Source of the DNA: Bacteroidota bacterium
GTDB lineage: Bacteria; Bacteroidota; Bacteroidia; NS11-12g; UBA955
Reading direction: 5' to 3'
NCBI GenBank assembly: GCA_040386935.1
Contig: JAZKEQ010000006.1
Coordinates: 42,482-106,481, forward strand
Length of the DNA stretch: 64,000 nucleotides
The position numbers and the translations under genes are program-made. Below the pieces are notes generated by a model. It saw only the letters and a program-made list of their open reading frames with translations, searched no databases and was not told the origin of the DNA. How positions within the stretch are numbered: position 1 is the stretch's first letter; every line of letters begins with the position of its first letter. This document shows, in pieces, positions 52,160 through 60,531 of the stretch.

Positions 52160-52930
52160 TCATCTTTGTGGCTGGTTTGCTTTTATAGGTTTCGTGAACT
52201 TTATTCGATCTCCTGTCCAGGGTGTTAAATTACCTGAACTATCCATAAATGAAAACTCAACTTCATAATTGTCACTGTCGTCAAAGTCAAATGCACCAGA
52301 ACACATCCCATGTCCAACACATACATTGTCACCACCTATAGAAATGTAGTAAGTTGTTTCCAGTCCGGTTTTTAAATTTTTTACCGTTGTCTTTACAATT
52401 AGGTCTGAACTGTCTGTTGCGGGATTACTAAATACAACGTGAATTGAAGGGCCGCAACCGTAATGGATAAGTGTCTTTTTTAATTCTTTTGGAATGCCGG
52501 TAAGTATTGGCTTTATGGTATCCCTTCCGGCAACAACTGTATATGTCACCGGCTCATATTTCTGAGTTATTTTATTATACTTATCAAAACTTTCATATTC
52601 CGGCAAACTGTCAATATGCATTGTGTATTCAAGTCCTACTTCCAATTCTTTTTCGGGTTTTAAAACTGCTTGTGTTAAATAAAATTGTCCAACACAAATT
52701 TCGATTACATTCAATTTAATTTTCTTGTTCCCGTTTTTAAGATAAATATTGTTTTTTTTATTAAGGTTTAAAATTATGCCCTGACTTTCAGCATAGCCGT
52801 CAAGAATAAAAATTGAATTTTGTTTGATTGTTGGTCCACTTGGGAAAATCCAAAGTCCTGTTCCCCTACAATCAGCAAGTAAGGAAACAGACCAAAATAG
52901 TCCGATTAATATTGTAAGTAGATGTTTCAT
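52160..52930 (-). CDS. Hypothetical secreted protein (array cargo)
   Basis: Signal peptide; YGCGP, GHGMCSGAF. Confidence 0.7.
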   Translation of the reverse strand: MKHLLTILIGLFWSVSLLADCRGTGLWIFPSGPTIKQNSIFILDGYAESQGIILNLNKKNNIYLKNGNKKIKLNVIEICVGQFYLTQAVLKPEKELEVGLEYTMHIDSLPEYESFDKYNKITQKYEPVTYTVVAGRDTIKPILTGIPKELKKTLIHYGCGPSIHVVFSNPATDSSDLIVKTTVKNLKTGLETTYYISIGGDNVCVGHGMCSGAFDFDDSDNYEVEFSFMDSSGNLTPWTGDRIKFTKPIKANQPQR

Positions 52931-53108
52931 GATGTGTGCATTGTGATATTAACTATCGAGTGTTTCTCCAACTTGGAAAGAATTACGAAGGTTTTTTATT
53001 TTACTTATTCTACTATGCAATATACCAAAATTTTACAATAACTCCATTTTTATATAAGCCATATCACTCTCCCTATTACTTATCTGCAGTTATGTGCAGC
53101 TCTTCTTA

Positions 53109-54269
53109 TCATTGTTTAATAACCTTAAATGTTTTTTGGTCAATGGTTATAAAGTAAATGCCATTTTCAAACTGTGAAAAATCAATGCTTAAAGAGTTAG
53201 TATCTGATGATTTGCCTGTCAAAATAGTTTGTCCTTGCAATGTCTGAACAGTATACTTTTTATCAAATAAATTACCGGGGGAATGAATATTGACGACCGA
53301 AAATGTGGGGTTTGGATAAATTGAAAAATCGCTGTTGGCTTTAATATCATTGATGCCTGAAGTAACTGCAGATGTGAGCATATAGGTCCATACCGAATTG
53401 TTTATTGCGCTGAATTTAGTGGTTGTATTGTGATAAAGAAGTGCAATTCCGGGTGCTTGATTGGTATATAAACAATGTGACTTACTGTAAGGAGTGCTTG
53501 AAATATCTACATTGATGGTGTCGTATAAGGGGTAAATGCCAAGACCTTTAAGGTTCGTTAATTGTTTGTTAAATGCCACTATTTCATCTGAAATATTGAG
53601 ATAGGCAAAGTGCTTATTCATGGCAGTAATACCTGAAGTCCTTAACCAATTGGCAGCATTAGAATAATAGGTGCTGTAATCATTGGGGCTTGAAAACATA
53701 AGCACTCTTTCTACATCATTGAATTTAGCAAAGTAACAAGCATGTCCACCCCCTTGCGAATGCCCGCCAACGGCTATTTTAGACCAGTTGAGTGTAGTCG
53801 GGTTAATTAAATATTGATTCCAGTTTTGTGTAGGAAAGGTAGTGTTCAAATAATGGATCAACTTAAGGATTCTGGTATAGATGCAATTCAAAGTATCAAC
53901 CGTTACATCAGGACTTAATGGTGTGCCATAGCAAACTTCTTGTCTATATTTATTGAAAACCATGCTGTCAGTACTGTTGGCCAAGCTTGCAGCTGCTACT
54001 GAATTAGGATACGAAAGGTTGATGACGTCATAGCCAAGTTTTCCGGCAAAATTGCTAATGGTCTGGTAAGTTGAAGTATTGCTACCTGTTCCGCCAATAA
54101 ATAGGAAGAGTTTATTAATAGTCGTGGTCGTATTTCTAACTACCATATTGCTGTCTTGAACGGCAGAATAACTAGTGTCTGTCTGAATAGGTTTTACATA
54201 GAATGTATTAATTTGTGAAAAGCAGGTGCTTGTGGTCGCAAATAAAATAATTGTAAAAATGGTTTTCAT
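53109..54269 (-). CDS. Alpha/beta hydrolase-fold protein with T9SS type A CTD
   Basis: GHSQG nucleophile elbow; YPNPT..GIYF..KVIKQ. Confidence 0.82.
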   Translation of the reverse strand: MKTIFTIILFATTSTCFSQINTFYVKPIQTDTSYSAVQDSNMVVRNTTTTINKLFLFIGGTGSNTSTYQTISNFAGKLGYDVINLSYPNSVAAASLANSTDSMVFNKYRQEVCYGTPLSPDVTVDTLNCIYTRILKLIHYLNTTFPTQNWNQYLINPTTLNWSKIAVGGHSQGGGHACYFAKFNDVERVLMFSSPNDYSTYYSNAANWLRTSGITAMNKHFAYLNISDEIVAFNKQLTNLKGLGIYPLYDTINVDISSTPYSKSHCLYTNQAPGIALLYHNTTTKFSAINNSVWTYMLTSAVTSGINDIKANSDFSIYPNPTFSVVNIHSPGNLFDKKYTVQTLQGQTILTGKSSDTNSLSIDFSQFENGIYFITIDQKTFKVIKQ

Positions 54270-54333
54270 TGAGTCGTTTTTTATGCTTGGGCCTTACTTA
54301 CATATAGTCATGTTTTTTCTTCCTATATCCTCA

Positions 54334-54378
54334 CGCAATATACCCAAAATCGCAATTATCCCAATTCTCCTTCAAAAG
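54334..54378 (-). promoter_or_regulatory. Repeated promoter module (type C)
   Basis: CGCAATATACCCAAAATC..ATTATCCCAATT matches 39999; minus strand TTG-N19-TATATTGC. Confidence 0.7.
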
Positions 54379-54400
54379 ATTACCGGTATTAATCGGCTGT

Positions 54401-55039
54401 TTATTTCACTCTCACAAACGTTTCGTTGTCGCTAAAGCCGCCATTTTTGATGAATGCTTTGAACTGTTTTTTGGTGGGTGTAAACTGGTATTGTGAAACA
54501 GTGTCATGGGGTGTTTCGGTTATTTCTTTCAGATTGTCAATGTCTGTTGGTACAGCAATACTGCTTATTGTCAATTGCCCTTTTGATAATTCCATTTTTT
54601 TGACTTGCCAGCTCTCCACATTATAGCGGTTGTTAAGGAAATAATACCCCTTGAATTTTCTAACAACATTGTCATCATTCATTTCAAACAGTGTTTCAAT
54701 GTAATGAATGTGCGCGACTAAACTGTCGCCAACACGCTTTATTGGGGTCTTTTCATTTATTCTTACATCTATCAGGGTATCACCCGAAATTCTGGAATTA
54801 CTGTCCAATTGATTGGGATGCAGGGTGTAATCGTAGTCGTAAATCTTTTGAATAATGTTGTTGTCAATTGTAAGTGTTGAATTATCCAGCAGACTTAGGT
54901 AGTGTCCCTGCAATCGCTTGGGAAATTCCGATAAATTATCAGTGTTTGCCGGTTGCGGCTCATTAAACGTAACCGGTGGTTGGCAGGCCATCAGGCTGAT
55001 TAAAAAGACGACTACAGTTGTTAATTGAAGTTTTCTCAT
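54401..55039 (-). CDS. Hypothetical lipoprotein (array cargo)
   Basis: LMAC lipobox; F.EPQP, KFKGYYFLN. Confidence 0.7.
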   Translation of the reverse strand: MRKLQLTTVVVFLISLMACQPPVTFNEPQPANTDNLSEFPKRLQGHYLSLLDNSTLTIDNNIIQKIYDYDYTLHPNQLDSNSRISGDTLIDVRINEKTPIKRVGDSLVAHIHYIETLFEMNDDNVVRKFKGYYFLNNRYNVESWQVKKMELSKGQLTISSIAVPTDIDNLKEITETPHDTVSQYQFTPTKKQFKAFIKNGGFSDNETFVRVK

Positions 55040-55182
55040 GGGTTTGTTGGCTTTGTGGTGGAACTTAGATGGGCTCATTTTCCGATGTAACGGACCTTGG
55101 GTGCTAAAAGTATATTGGTCTTTATATTTTCAACCAACGTTAGCTATTTACCGATAAACGATAGGCGAATTGGTTATTGAAG

Positions 55183-55212
55183 ATTCTTGCCGAAGTTTTG
55201 GGTCCAACTAAT
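55183..55212. repeat. Degenerate B arm overlapping the end of the YhcG-like fragment
   Basis: TTGCCGAAGTTTTGGGTCCAACTAAT resembles TTCCCGAAGGTTCGGGACCAACAAT. Confidence 0.5.
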
Positions 55213-55269
55213 TTCTCTCACCAGTGGTGAGAGTTTTGGAAAGTCTTTGTATGACTCATAAAACTGTTT
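55195..55269 (-). pseudogene. Internal fragment of a YhcG/DUF1016-like gene
   Basis: Translates KQFYESYKDFPKLSPLVREISWTQN; no start or stop; family recognised by eye. Confidence 0.75.
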
Positions 55270-55272
55270 TTT

Positions 55273-55424
55273 GCCGCTGTTGGTCCCGAAACTTCGGGAA
55301 CAGCTTTTACCACCTCAAACTTAAGTATTTATTTTTCACTTTTATATTTCTTGTAACCGTATGGGTAGGTTGTTATTGTTGGTGAGCCACTACGCGGGCT
55401 AAACGCGAACACACAACAATGGCG
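55273..55424. repeat. Hairpin repeat, complete long form
   Basis: GCCGCTGTTGGTCCCGAAACTTCGGGAACAGC, spacer, ATTGTTGG...CAACAATGGCG. Confidence 0.92.
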
Positions 55425-55425
55425 A

Positions 55426-55491
55426 AAAACTTGGTAAACCTGCTTGCATTTTAAAGTGGTCAAATTCCACCACTTTAAAATTCGGATTATT
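55426..55491 (-). pseudogene. Internal fragment of a KilA-N-like gene
   Basis: Translates NNPNFKVVEFDHFKMQAGLPSF; fills the gap between two repeats. Confidence 0.75.
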
Positions 55492-55493
55492 TT

Positions 55494-55525
55494 GCCGCTG
55501 TTGGACCCGAAACCTCGGGAACAGT
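55494..55525. repeat. Hairpin repeat, A arm (last copy seen)
   Basis: GCCGCTGTTGGACCCGAAACCTCGGGAACAG. Confidence 0.88.
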
Positions 55526-55547
55526 TTGCAATTGCAAAAAATCTTTT

Positions 55548-55940
55548 CTAACGTCCCCTATACAGCTCGTTATATTCTTTTACATGATGGGGGAATTCCT
55601 CTTCAAAGAAAGGATAAGGCACACCTTCTATGGTAATTTCAAATTCATTACTGTCCATACCGCTGATTTGATTGCCCATGCCTTTGATTTCTATGCCCTG
55701 CTCATTTTTAACAACTAAACTGTTGATGTTTTCGGTAAATAAGAGCTTTTGTTCAGGGAAATCAGTCACCAGTTCAATGTTGTTTTTTGTGCAATACGAT
55801 TGAAAGAAGTCGTAACCCGAAGTAATCGTTATGAAATGGATGATCCCAAAAACAACGCCCATGGGTGCATCTGCTTTTTCTAATTCAGTTGTGCCAATTT
55901 TCTGGTCATCAAGCAATATGTCGTAAATTTTCTTTTTCAT
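55548..55940 (-). CDS. Hypothetical protein
   Basis: D.PMGVVFG, YPFF.EEFPHH. Confidence 0.65.
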   Translation of the reverse strand: MKKKIYDILLDDQKIGTTELEKADAPMGVVFGIIHFITITSGYDFFQSYCTKNNIELVTDFPEQKLLFTENINSLVVKNEQGIEIKGMGNQISGMDSNEFEITIEGVPYPFFEEEFPHHVKEYNELYRGR

Positions 55941-56013
55941 ATTTTACCCTACGCAATATAATGGTATTTGCAATTCTTCCAATCTAAATATAGGCTTCAA
56001 AAGGATTGATGTT

Positions 56014-56817
56014 TTAGTAAACGATTTTAAACGCCAGATTGCTTTTATTCAATTCATAATAGGCCATGAGCTCCTGTTTCAAAATAGTATCCTCCTTCAT
56101 TTTAGCGAACAAGGCAAGTTTTACATCTTCTAAATATTGGTTGAGTGTGGTAATACGCTTTTTATATTCCTCAACGGCTTGTTTTTTATTGGCAACAAAG
56201 TTGTCCCATATTTTGGAACTGTCACTATCGAACCCATGAAATATACCCTCGTAACAAAATGCCTCAAGGAGGTTGTAATCATTGTTCCATTTGGCTTCTT
56301 TTACACCATTTAATCCCACACATACATGGGCTTGAATACTTGAGTCGGCTTCTACCTTATCGCAGTAAAAGAATTTGGAAGCTACTTCCATCAGTTCATC
56401 TGTGGTGTAAGTGATGGTTCTCTTCATACTAGGATTGTTAATGGGTGCCATTGTGGCTTCAAAATAGGCGTTCAGTTTTTTATCCACCTTGAATTTTTTC
56501 AAATACAGCCGTTGCATAGTGGCTGTATCAGGATATCGATTAAAGATAGCGTTTCTTTCATCAGTCTGCTTAGCCTGGTGAATGTCTGAAACATTGATGA
56601 GCAGATAGTCGAACCGCCTTTTATAGCGCATTAATACACTGTCGGCCTTGAACTCGGGCATGGCATATGCCTTCATCTTATTTTCATATTCGTAAGGATA
56701 TATTTGAATGGCGACATGTTCGCTGACCAGCGATTGTTTTACCTGACAAGCTGTGCAGAGTGTAAGGGCAAGAATGAAAATAGATTTCTGCGGATTGTTA
56801 ATTAAGCAAAATCTCAA
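56014..56817 (-). CDS. Hypothetical lipoprotein
   Basis: CTAC lipobox-like; start uncertain. Confidence 0.6.
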   Translation of the reverse strand: MRFCLINNPQKSIFILALTLCTACQVKQSLVSEHVAIQIYPYEYENKMKAYAMPEFKADSVLMRYKRRFDYLLINVSDIHQAKQTDERNAIFNRYPDTATMQRLYLKKFKVDKKLNAYFEATMAPINNPSMKRTITYTTDELMEVASKFFYCDKVEADSSIQAHVCVGLNGVKEAKWNNDYNLLEAFCYEGIFHGFDSDSSKIWDNFVANKKQAVEEYKKRITTLNQYLEDVKLALFAKMKEDTILKQELMAYYELNKSNLAFKIVY

Positions 56818-56851
56818 TGTTAGAGATGCTTTAGGGGAGTTATTAAAGCGT

Positions 56852-57067
56852 CTATGACGGCTGTTCAGTATTAGAAGTTACAGTAGGTTTTTCCTTGTCA
56901 AAATACTTTAAGATGGCCCATGCCAGCGGTAGGATTAAAGTTGATGCAATTTCTCTGGCTTCAAAATTCAAATTAAATTCAAGAATAGAGAGTGCGCATA
57001 AAAACCAGAGGACTCCGGTCGCAAAGAAAAAATTTTTAAAAAATGATGAGATTTTCATATTGTTCAT
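56852..57067 (-). CDS. Small membrane protein
   Basis: Two hydrophobic segments; promoter-like TATATTGC upstream. Confidence 0.5.
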   Translation of the reverse strand: MNNMKISSFFKNFFFATGVLWFLCALSILEFNLNFEAREIASTLILPLAWAILKYFDKEKPTVTSNTEQPS

Positions 57068-57122
57068 GATTGTTTAGTGGTTGATTTTTTGCGAATGCAA
57101 TATAATAAAATTTAGTATTTTA

Positions 57123-57737
57123 CTACTTGATAGCTTCAAGTCCTTTTTGAACTATATTAATTCTTTGAAACTGACTGTCATCCTTTTGTTCTACAGTCTT
57201 TATACCATTGGCATCAAGCGCATTGAATATTTGCAAAAAATGAGATCTTTCAAACCGGGTGTTTTTCTCAAAAGTAAACTCAATGCCATGAAGCATATAG
57301 CCTGTTTCGTGTATGCTGCCGGTGTTTTCAGGTTTAATTTTATCTTCAACAACAGTACTAATGAAATTATAAGTAATAATATGAATGTCTGTTATTTTTC
57401 TGCCAACAAGATGATTGATTTCTGAATGAGCCTTGTTCTTCCAAACCAATGGGATTTGATCGCCAAGGCCATACCAATCCAGCTTTTTGGTTAAGTCGAT
57501 TTGATCAATGGTCAAACTAAATTCATCCAATTTGTATGCAGTGAATTCAAATTGTCGCCCATCAATTTTTAAAATAACAGGCCCATCATTGTACCATTCA
57601 TTGTCCTCTGCGTGCCACATCAACCAATAATCATCCAGTGTAGCGCCAATGATAGTGGTTAATTGTTCCCCATTCGCTTTAATGAAAGCGTTAGTATTAT
57701 CAAAAAAATGGGGTTCAAAGTTGGGTATGCCGAGCAT
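57123..57737 (-). CDS. Hypothetical protein
   Basis: 204-aa ORF; W.ND.PVIL, FNALD.NG. Confidence 0.65.
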   Translation of the reverse strand: MLGIPNFEPHFFDNTNAFIKANGEQLTTIIGATLDDYWLMWHAEDNEWYNDGPVILKIDGRQFEFTAYKLDEFSLTIDQIDLTKKLDWYGLGDQIPLVWKNKAHSEINHLVGRKITDIHIITYNFISTVVEDKIKPENTGSIHETGYMLHGIEFTFEKNTRFERSHFLQIFNALDANGIKTVEQKDDSQFQRINIVQKGLEAIK

Positions 57738-57846
57738 CTGTTTTTTTACAACTGCAAGATAATAATATTTAGAATTATCACAATACAGAACAAACCCTAT
57801 TAAACATTATAAGGCAAGCATTCACCTGCCTTATTGTAAGCTAGTA

Positions 57847-58293
57847 TCAGTTGTTTGCGAGTCCTTCGCCATACTTAGCGGCAAGGTTTTGTAGGTACAT
57901 TGTCCATGCACTGCTGCATTGGTCGTAGCACTCAATTTCGGGGGTTAAGCCTTTATGCGAAAAAGTGACAGTTGTTAGATTGTTGGTTTGTTCAATCTCG
58001 AAACAAATAGTTGTGCCATCCCATTCGTTTTGGTCTTTCAGGAATGTTAATTTACTATCTATTACAGCCCATGCTATTTTTTTGTTGGGAACCAATTCTA
58101 TTAATTGTTGTGTCGTGTGGTGCATGCCACCGCCTGCACTGAAGGTAAATTCATCGCCAATTGTTTTGCTTTGGCCTTGGATTGTTTCGTCAAATAATCC
58201 CACCCACCACGAATTGGGGTCAAGCAGTTGTGAGAAAATTTCATTGGGTTGCTTTAATGTGTTGAAACTGAATTGAAAATTTGTTGTTGTCAT
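57847..58293 (-). CDS. SRPBCC (AHSA1-like) protein
   Basis: EW.GT.I.FEI, F.H.GL.P..ECY..C..AW. Confidence 0.82.
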   Translation of the reverse strand: MTTTNFQFSFNTLKQPNEIFSQLLDPNSWWVGLFDETIQGQSKTIGDEFTFSAGGGMHHTTQQLIELVPNKKIAWAVIDSKLTFLKDQNEWDGTTICFEIEQTNNLTTVTFSHKGLTPEIECYDQCSSAWTMYLQNLAAKYGEGLANN

Positions 58294-58316
58294 TTTATTG
58301 AAAATTTAAATTGTTT

Positions 58317-58634
58317 TTAGCGTTTGTTTTTTAATACGGATTCGAGCTTGTTCAGCTTATTGTTCCAAAAATTAGTATAGTAGTTCATCCACTCGGTTAT
58401 TTCATTAAATCCTGATTGATTTAATATGCAATAGCGTTCTCTTCCTTCTATTTCAATCGATATAAAACCGGCAGTCTGTAAAATTTTAATGTGTTTGGAA
58501 ACAGCAGGTCGGCTCATTTCAAAATTTTCCGAAATACTGTTGATGTTGTATCGGTCTACCGAAAGCAGTTGTAAAATTTGTCGTCTGCTTGGGTCTGCGA
58601 TTACCTGAAAGGCGTCAAGATTGGGTATTGTCAT
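58317..58634 (-). CDS. ArsR/SmtB family regulator
   Basis: FQVIADPSRR, SRPAVSKHIKIL, GRERYC. Confidence 0.9.
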   Translation of the reverse strand: MTIPNLDAFQVIADPSRRQILQLLSVDRYNINSISENFEMSRPAVSKHIKILQTAGFISIEIEGRERYCILNQSGFNEITEWMNYYTNFWNNKLNKLESVLKNKR

Positions 58635-58637
58635 GGC

Positions 58638-59399
58638 TTATTGGTTAATTATTGTTTTGTAAACTAATCGGTTATTTGCTACGCAGTTGTTATACCAGGC
58701 TAACCATTTCGAAGGGTCTTGCTTCAGTATCCATTGCAAGGCCAATTCGCGGTTGTCCGGTAATTGTTGTTTGATGGCTCTAGATGCATTCAACTTCAAT
58801 TCAGATCGGGTTAAATCGGTACAGTAAATAGGGCTTCCGGGTTGTTGTCGCCACGAATCAGCTAATTGACCGATATCTAAAGCATCATACCCACTGTCGT
58901 TTACCAGCGTTGCAACTACCGCTTTTGATTGTTTGTTGTCGCCCGATATTGGCAATGCAATTCTTTGAATAGCAGCTTCGGTATGTCCTTTGTTAATGAG
59001 TGAGCCTGCCAAAATACTGTTGTATACTTTTATAACAGGTAGTGAAAGTTGATTGGAAACCCAAACACTTTCAGGCATGCCATTGTCCAATGCATCTATC
59101 CGGCCATCTCTGATAGGGTAGTAGTTGGTGGTGTCAATAATGATAGTGCTATCTGCAATACGATTGCTTAATGATTTTGCTAAATTGGGAATTTCACAAA
59201 GCGGTATTGCAATAACCAACACATCTGAGTCTATGGCAACCTCGTTCACTTGTACTGCTTTTGCTCCGGTTTCCTTTTCAAGTGCCTGTAGTTTTTCTAA
59301 GTTACTTGAGTTGGTTATTTTTATTTCGTGACCTGCCTTTGCATATTGTCTGATTAATGCACTACCTATTTGACCGGCTCCTATAATGCCTATTTTCAT
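58638..59399 (-). CDS. NADPH-dependent F420 reductase-like oxidoreductase
   Basis: IGIIGAG.IG, DTTNYYP.RDG, SWRQQPGSP.YCTD. Confidence 0.85.
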   Translation of the reverse strand: MKIGIIGAGQIGSALIRQYAKAGHEIKITNSSNLEKLQALEKETGAKAVQVNEVAIDSDVLVIAIPLCEIPNLAKSLSNRIADSTIIIDTTNYYPIRDGRIDALDNGMPESVWVSNQLSLPVIKVYNSILAGSLINKGHTEAAIQRIALPISGDNKQSKAVVATLVNDSGYDALDIGQLADSWRQQPGSPIYCTDLTRSELKLNASRAIKQQLPDNRELALQWILKQDPSKWLAWYNNCVANNRLVYKTIINQ

Positions 59400-59406
59400 G
59401 GTCAAA

Positions 59407-59838
59407 TTATTGTTTAGTAGCTATAATTCCCAGCATCTGCTCTACTTTCTTTAACCAACCTTCTGACATGCCGATATAGATGTCGGTGTTGTTCTCTTTA
59501 AAGCCGGAATGTTTCAGCATTAATTTAGTGCCGTTTGCATGTGGTTCTAAGGTCCATTCTACAATTGTATCAAGTGTAAAAATACCATCGCCTGAACCAC
59601 CTTTCCAGGTGTAAGTCAGCTTTTTCAAAGGAACAATTTCTAGCACCTTGCAATGCATGATGCCATCCAGATTAAGTGCCGGCATGGCCTTGGTTGTAAA
59701 TTGGAATTCGTGACCTACAACAGGTTCGAAATTGTTTGGCATCAGCCATAAAGCGATTAATTCTGCTTGTGTAAGATGGGCCCAAACTTCTTTTGGTGAT
59801 TGCTCATACAGCCATTCATTTTTTATTTCTTTTTGCAT
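59407..59838 (-). CDS. SRPBCC (AHSA1-like) protein
   Basis: VW..LT..LWLMPN.F.P.VG.EF.F. Confidence 0.85.
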   Translation of the reverse strand: MQKEIKNEWLYEQSPKEVWAHLTQAELIALWLMPNNFEPVVGHEFQFTTKAMPALNLDGIMHCKVLEIVPLKKLTYTWKGGSGDGIFTLDTIVEWTLEPHANGTKLMLKHSGFKENNTDIYIGMSEGWLKKVEQMLGIIATKQ

Positions 59839-59843
59839 ATTAT

Positions 59844-59885
59844 GTAACTTTGAGGTTACAAATGTATATGTAACTTTCAAGTTAC
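59844..59885 (-). promoter_or_regulatory. ArsR-type operator: two GTAAC-N6-GTTAC palindromes flanking TACATTTG
   Basis: GTAACTTTGAGGTTAC (59844-59859) and GTAACTTTCAAGTTAC (59870-59885). Confidence 0.78.
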
Positions 59886-59965
59886 GCAAATTTTTCTTCA
59901 ATTTTTTTTGTGATGCTTATCTGATGGAATTAACCACAATCAAATTTTAATAGTGAAGTAATGTG

Positions 59966-60391
59966 CTATGCTGTTTGAGCAACGCCATCTTGTACTGCCT
60001 TCTGAAGAATTTCCATATCGATGTCCTTCAACGCTTTGAATTTTATGCAATAGCCTGTTACGCTGGCCTTGCCAAGGATTTTGCCATAGGTGTGGGGCAG
60101 GTAAGTCTTATCTTTTAAACCCATGATGTAAACAGAAATGCCGGAGGTGTTGGCACTCAGTCCAATTTGATAAAACTCCCTGCTCGATCCATCGGCATAA
60201 TGGATGGTGTATTGCCCGTAGCCAATGTTAGGATTTGAAACAATTTTACCCTCGCTGTTTGTGCCATCCAGAAACCACAATTTACATCCCGGTATTGCCG
60301 CCATAATATTACTGTGCAACGCTTGCAGGTCGCTTTGTTTTGATTCAGGCTGGCCGGCAATGTACGCGTTGATTTGTGCTTGAACGTTCAT
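59966..60391 (-). CDS. DUF1801 family protein
   Basis: NPNIGYG, GISVY, GKASV.GYCIKFK. Confidence 0.8.
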   Translation of the reverse strand: MNVQAQINAYIAGQPESKQSDLQALHSNIMAAIPGCKLWFLDGTNSEGKIVSNPNIGYGQYTIHYADGSSREFYQIGLSANTSGISVYIMGLKDKTYLPHTYGKILGKASVTGYCIKFKALKDIDMEILQKAVQDGVAQTA

Positions 60392-60531
60392 GTAAAAGTA
60401 GATTATTTATTTTTTTTATACTTCTAAATCACAATTGATAGATTGCTGAAATAATAGCATACTTCTGCTTTTCTAATGACTATGGTCATTTGCTAATGCA
60501 ATATAAAAATTTGCGATGATATCGAGATGCA

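Noticed and set aside
33462-55525. CRISPR array interpretation of the repeats
   Set aside because: Units are 30-150 bp and degenerate, separated by 40 bp to several kb; no cas genes in the window
33462-55525. Repeats as ordinary intrinsic terminators
   Set aside because: No consistent U-tract on the transcribed strand, and a conserved spacer is shared between copies
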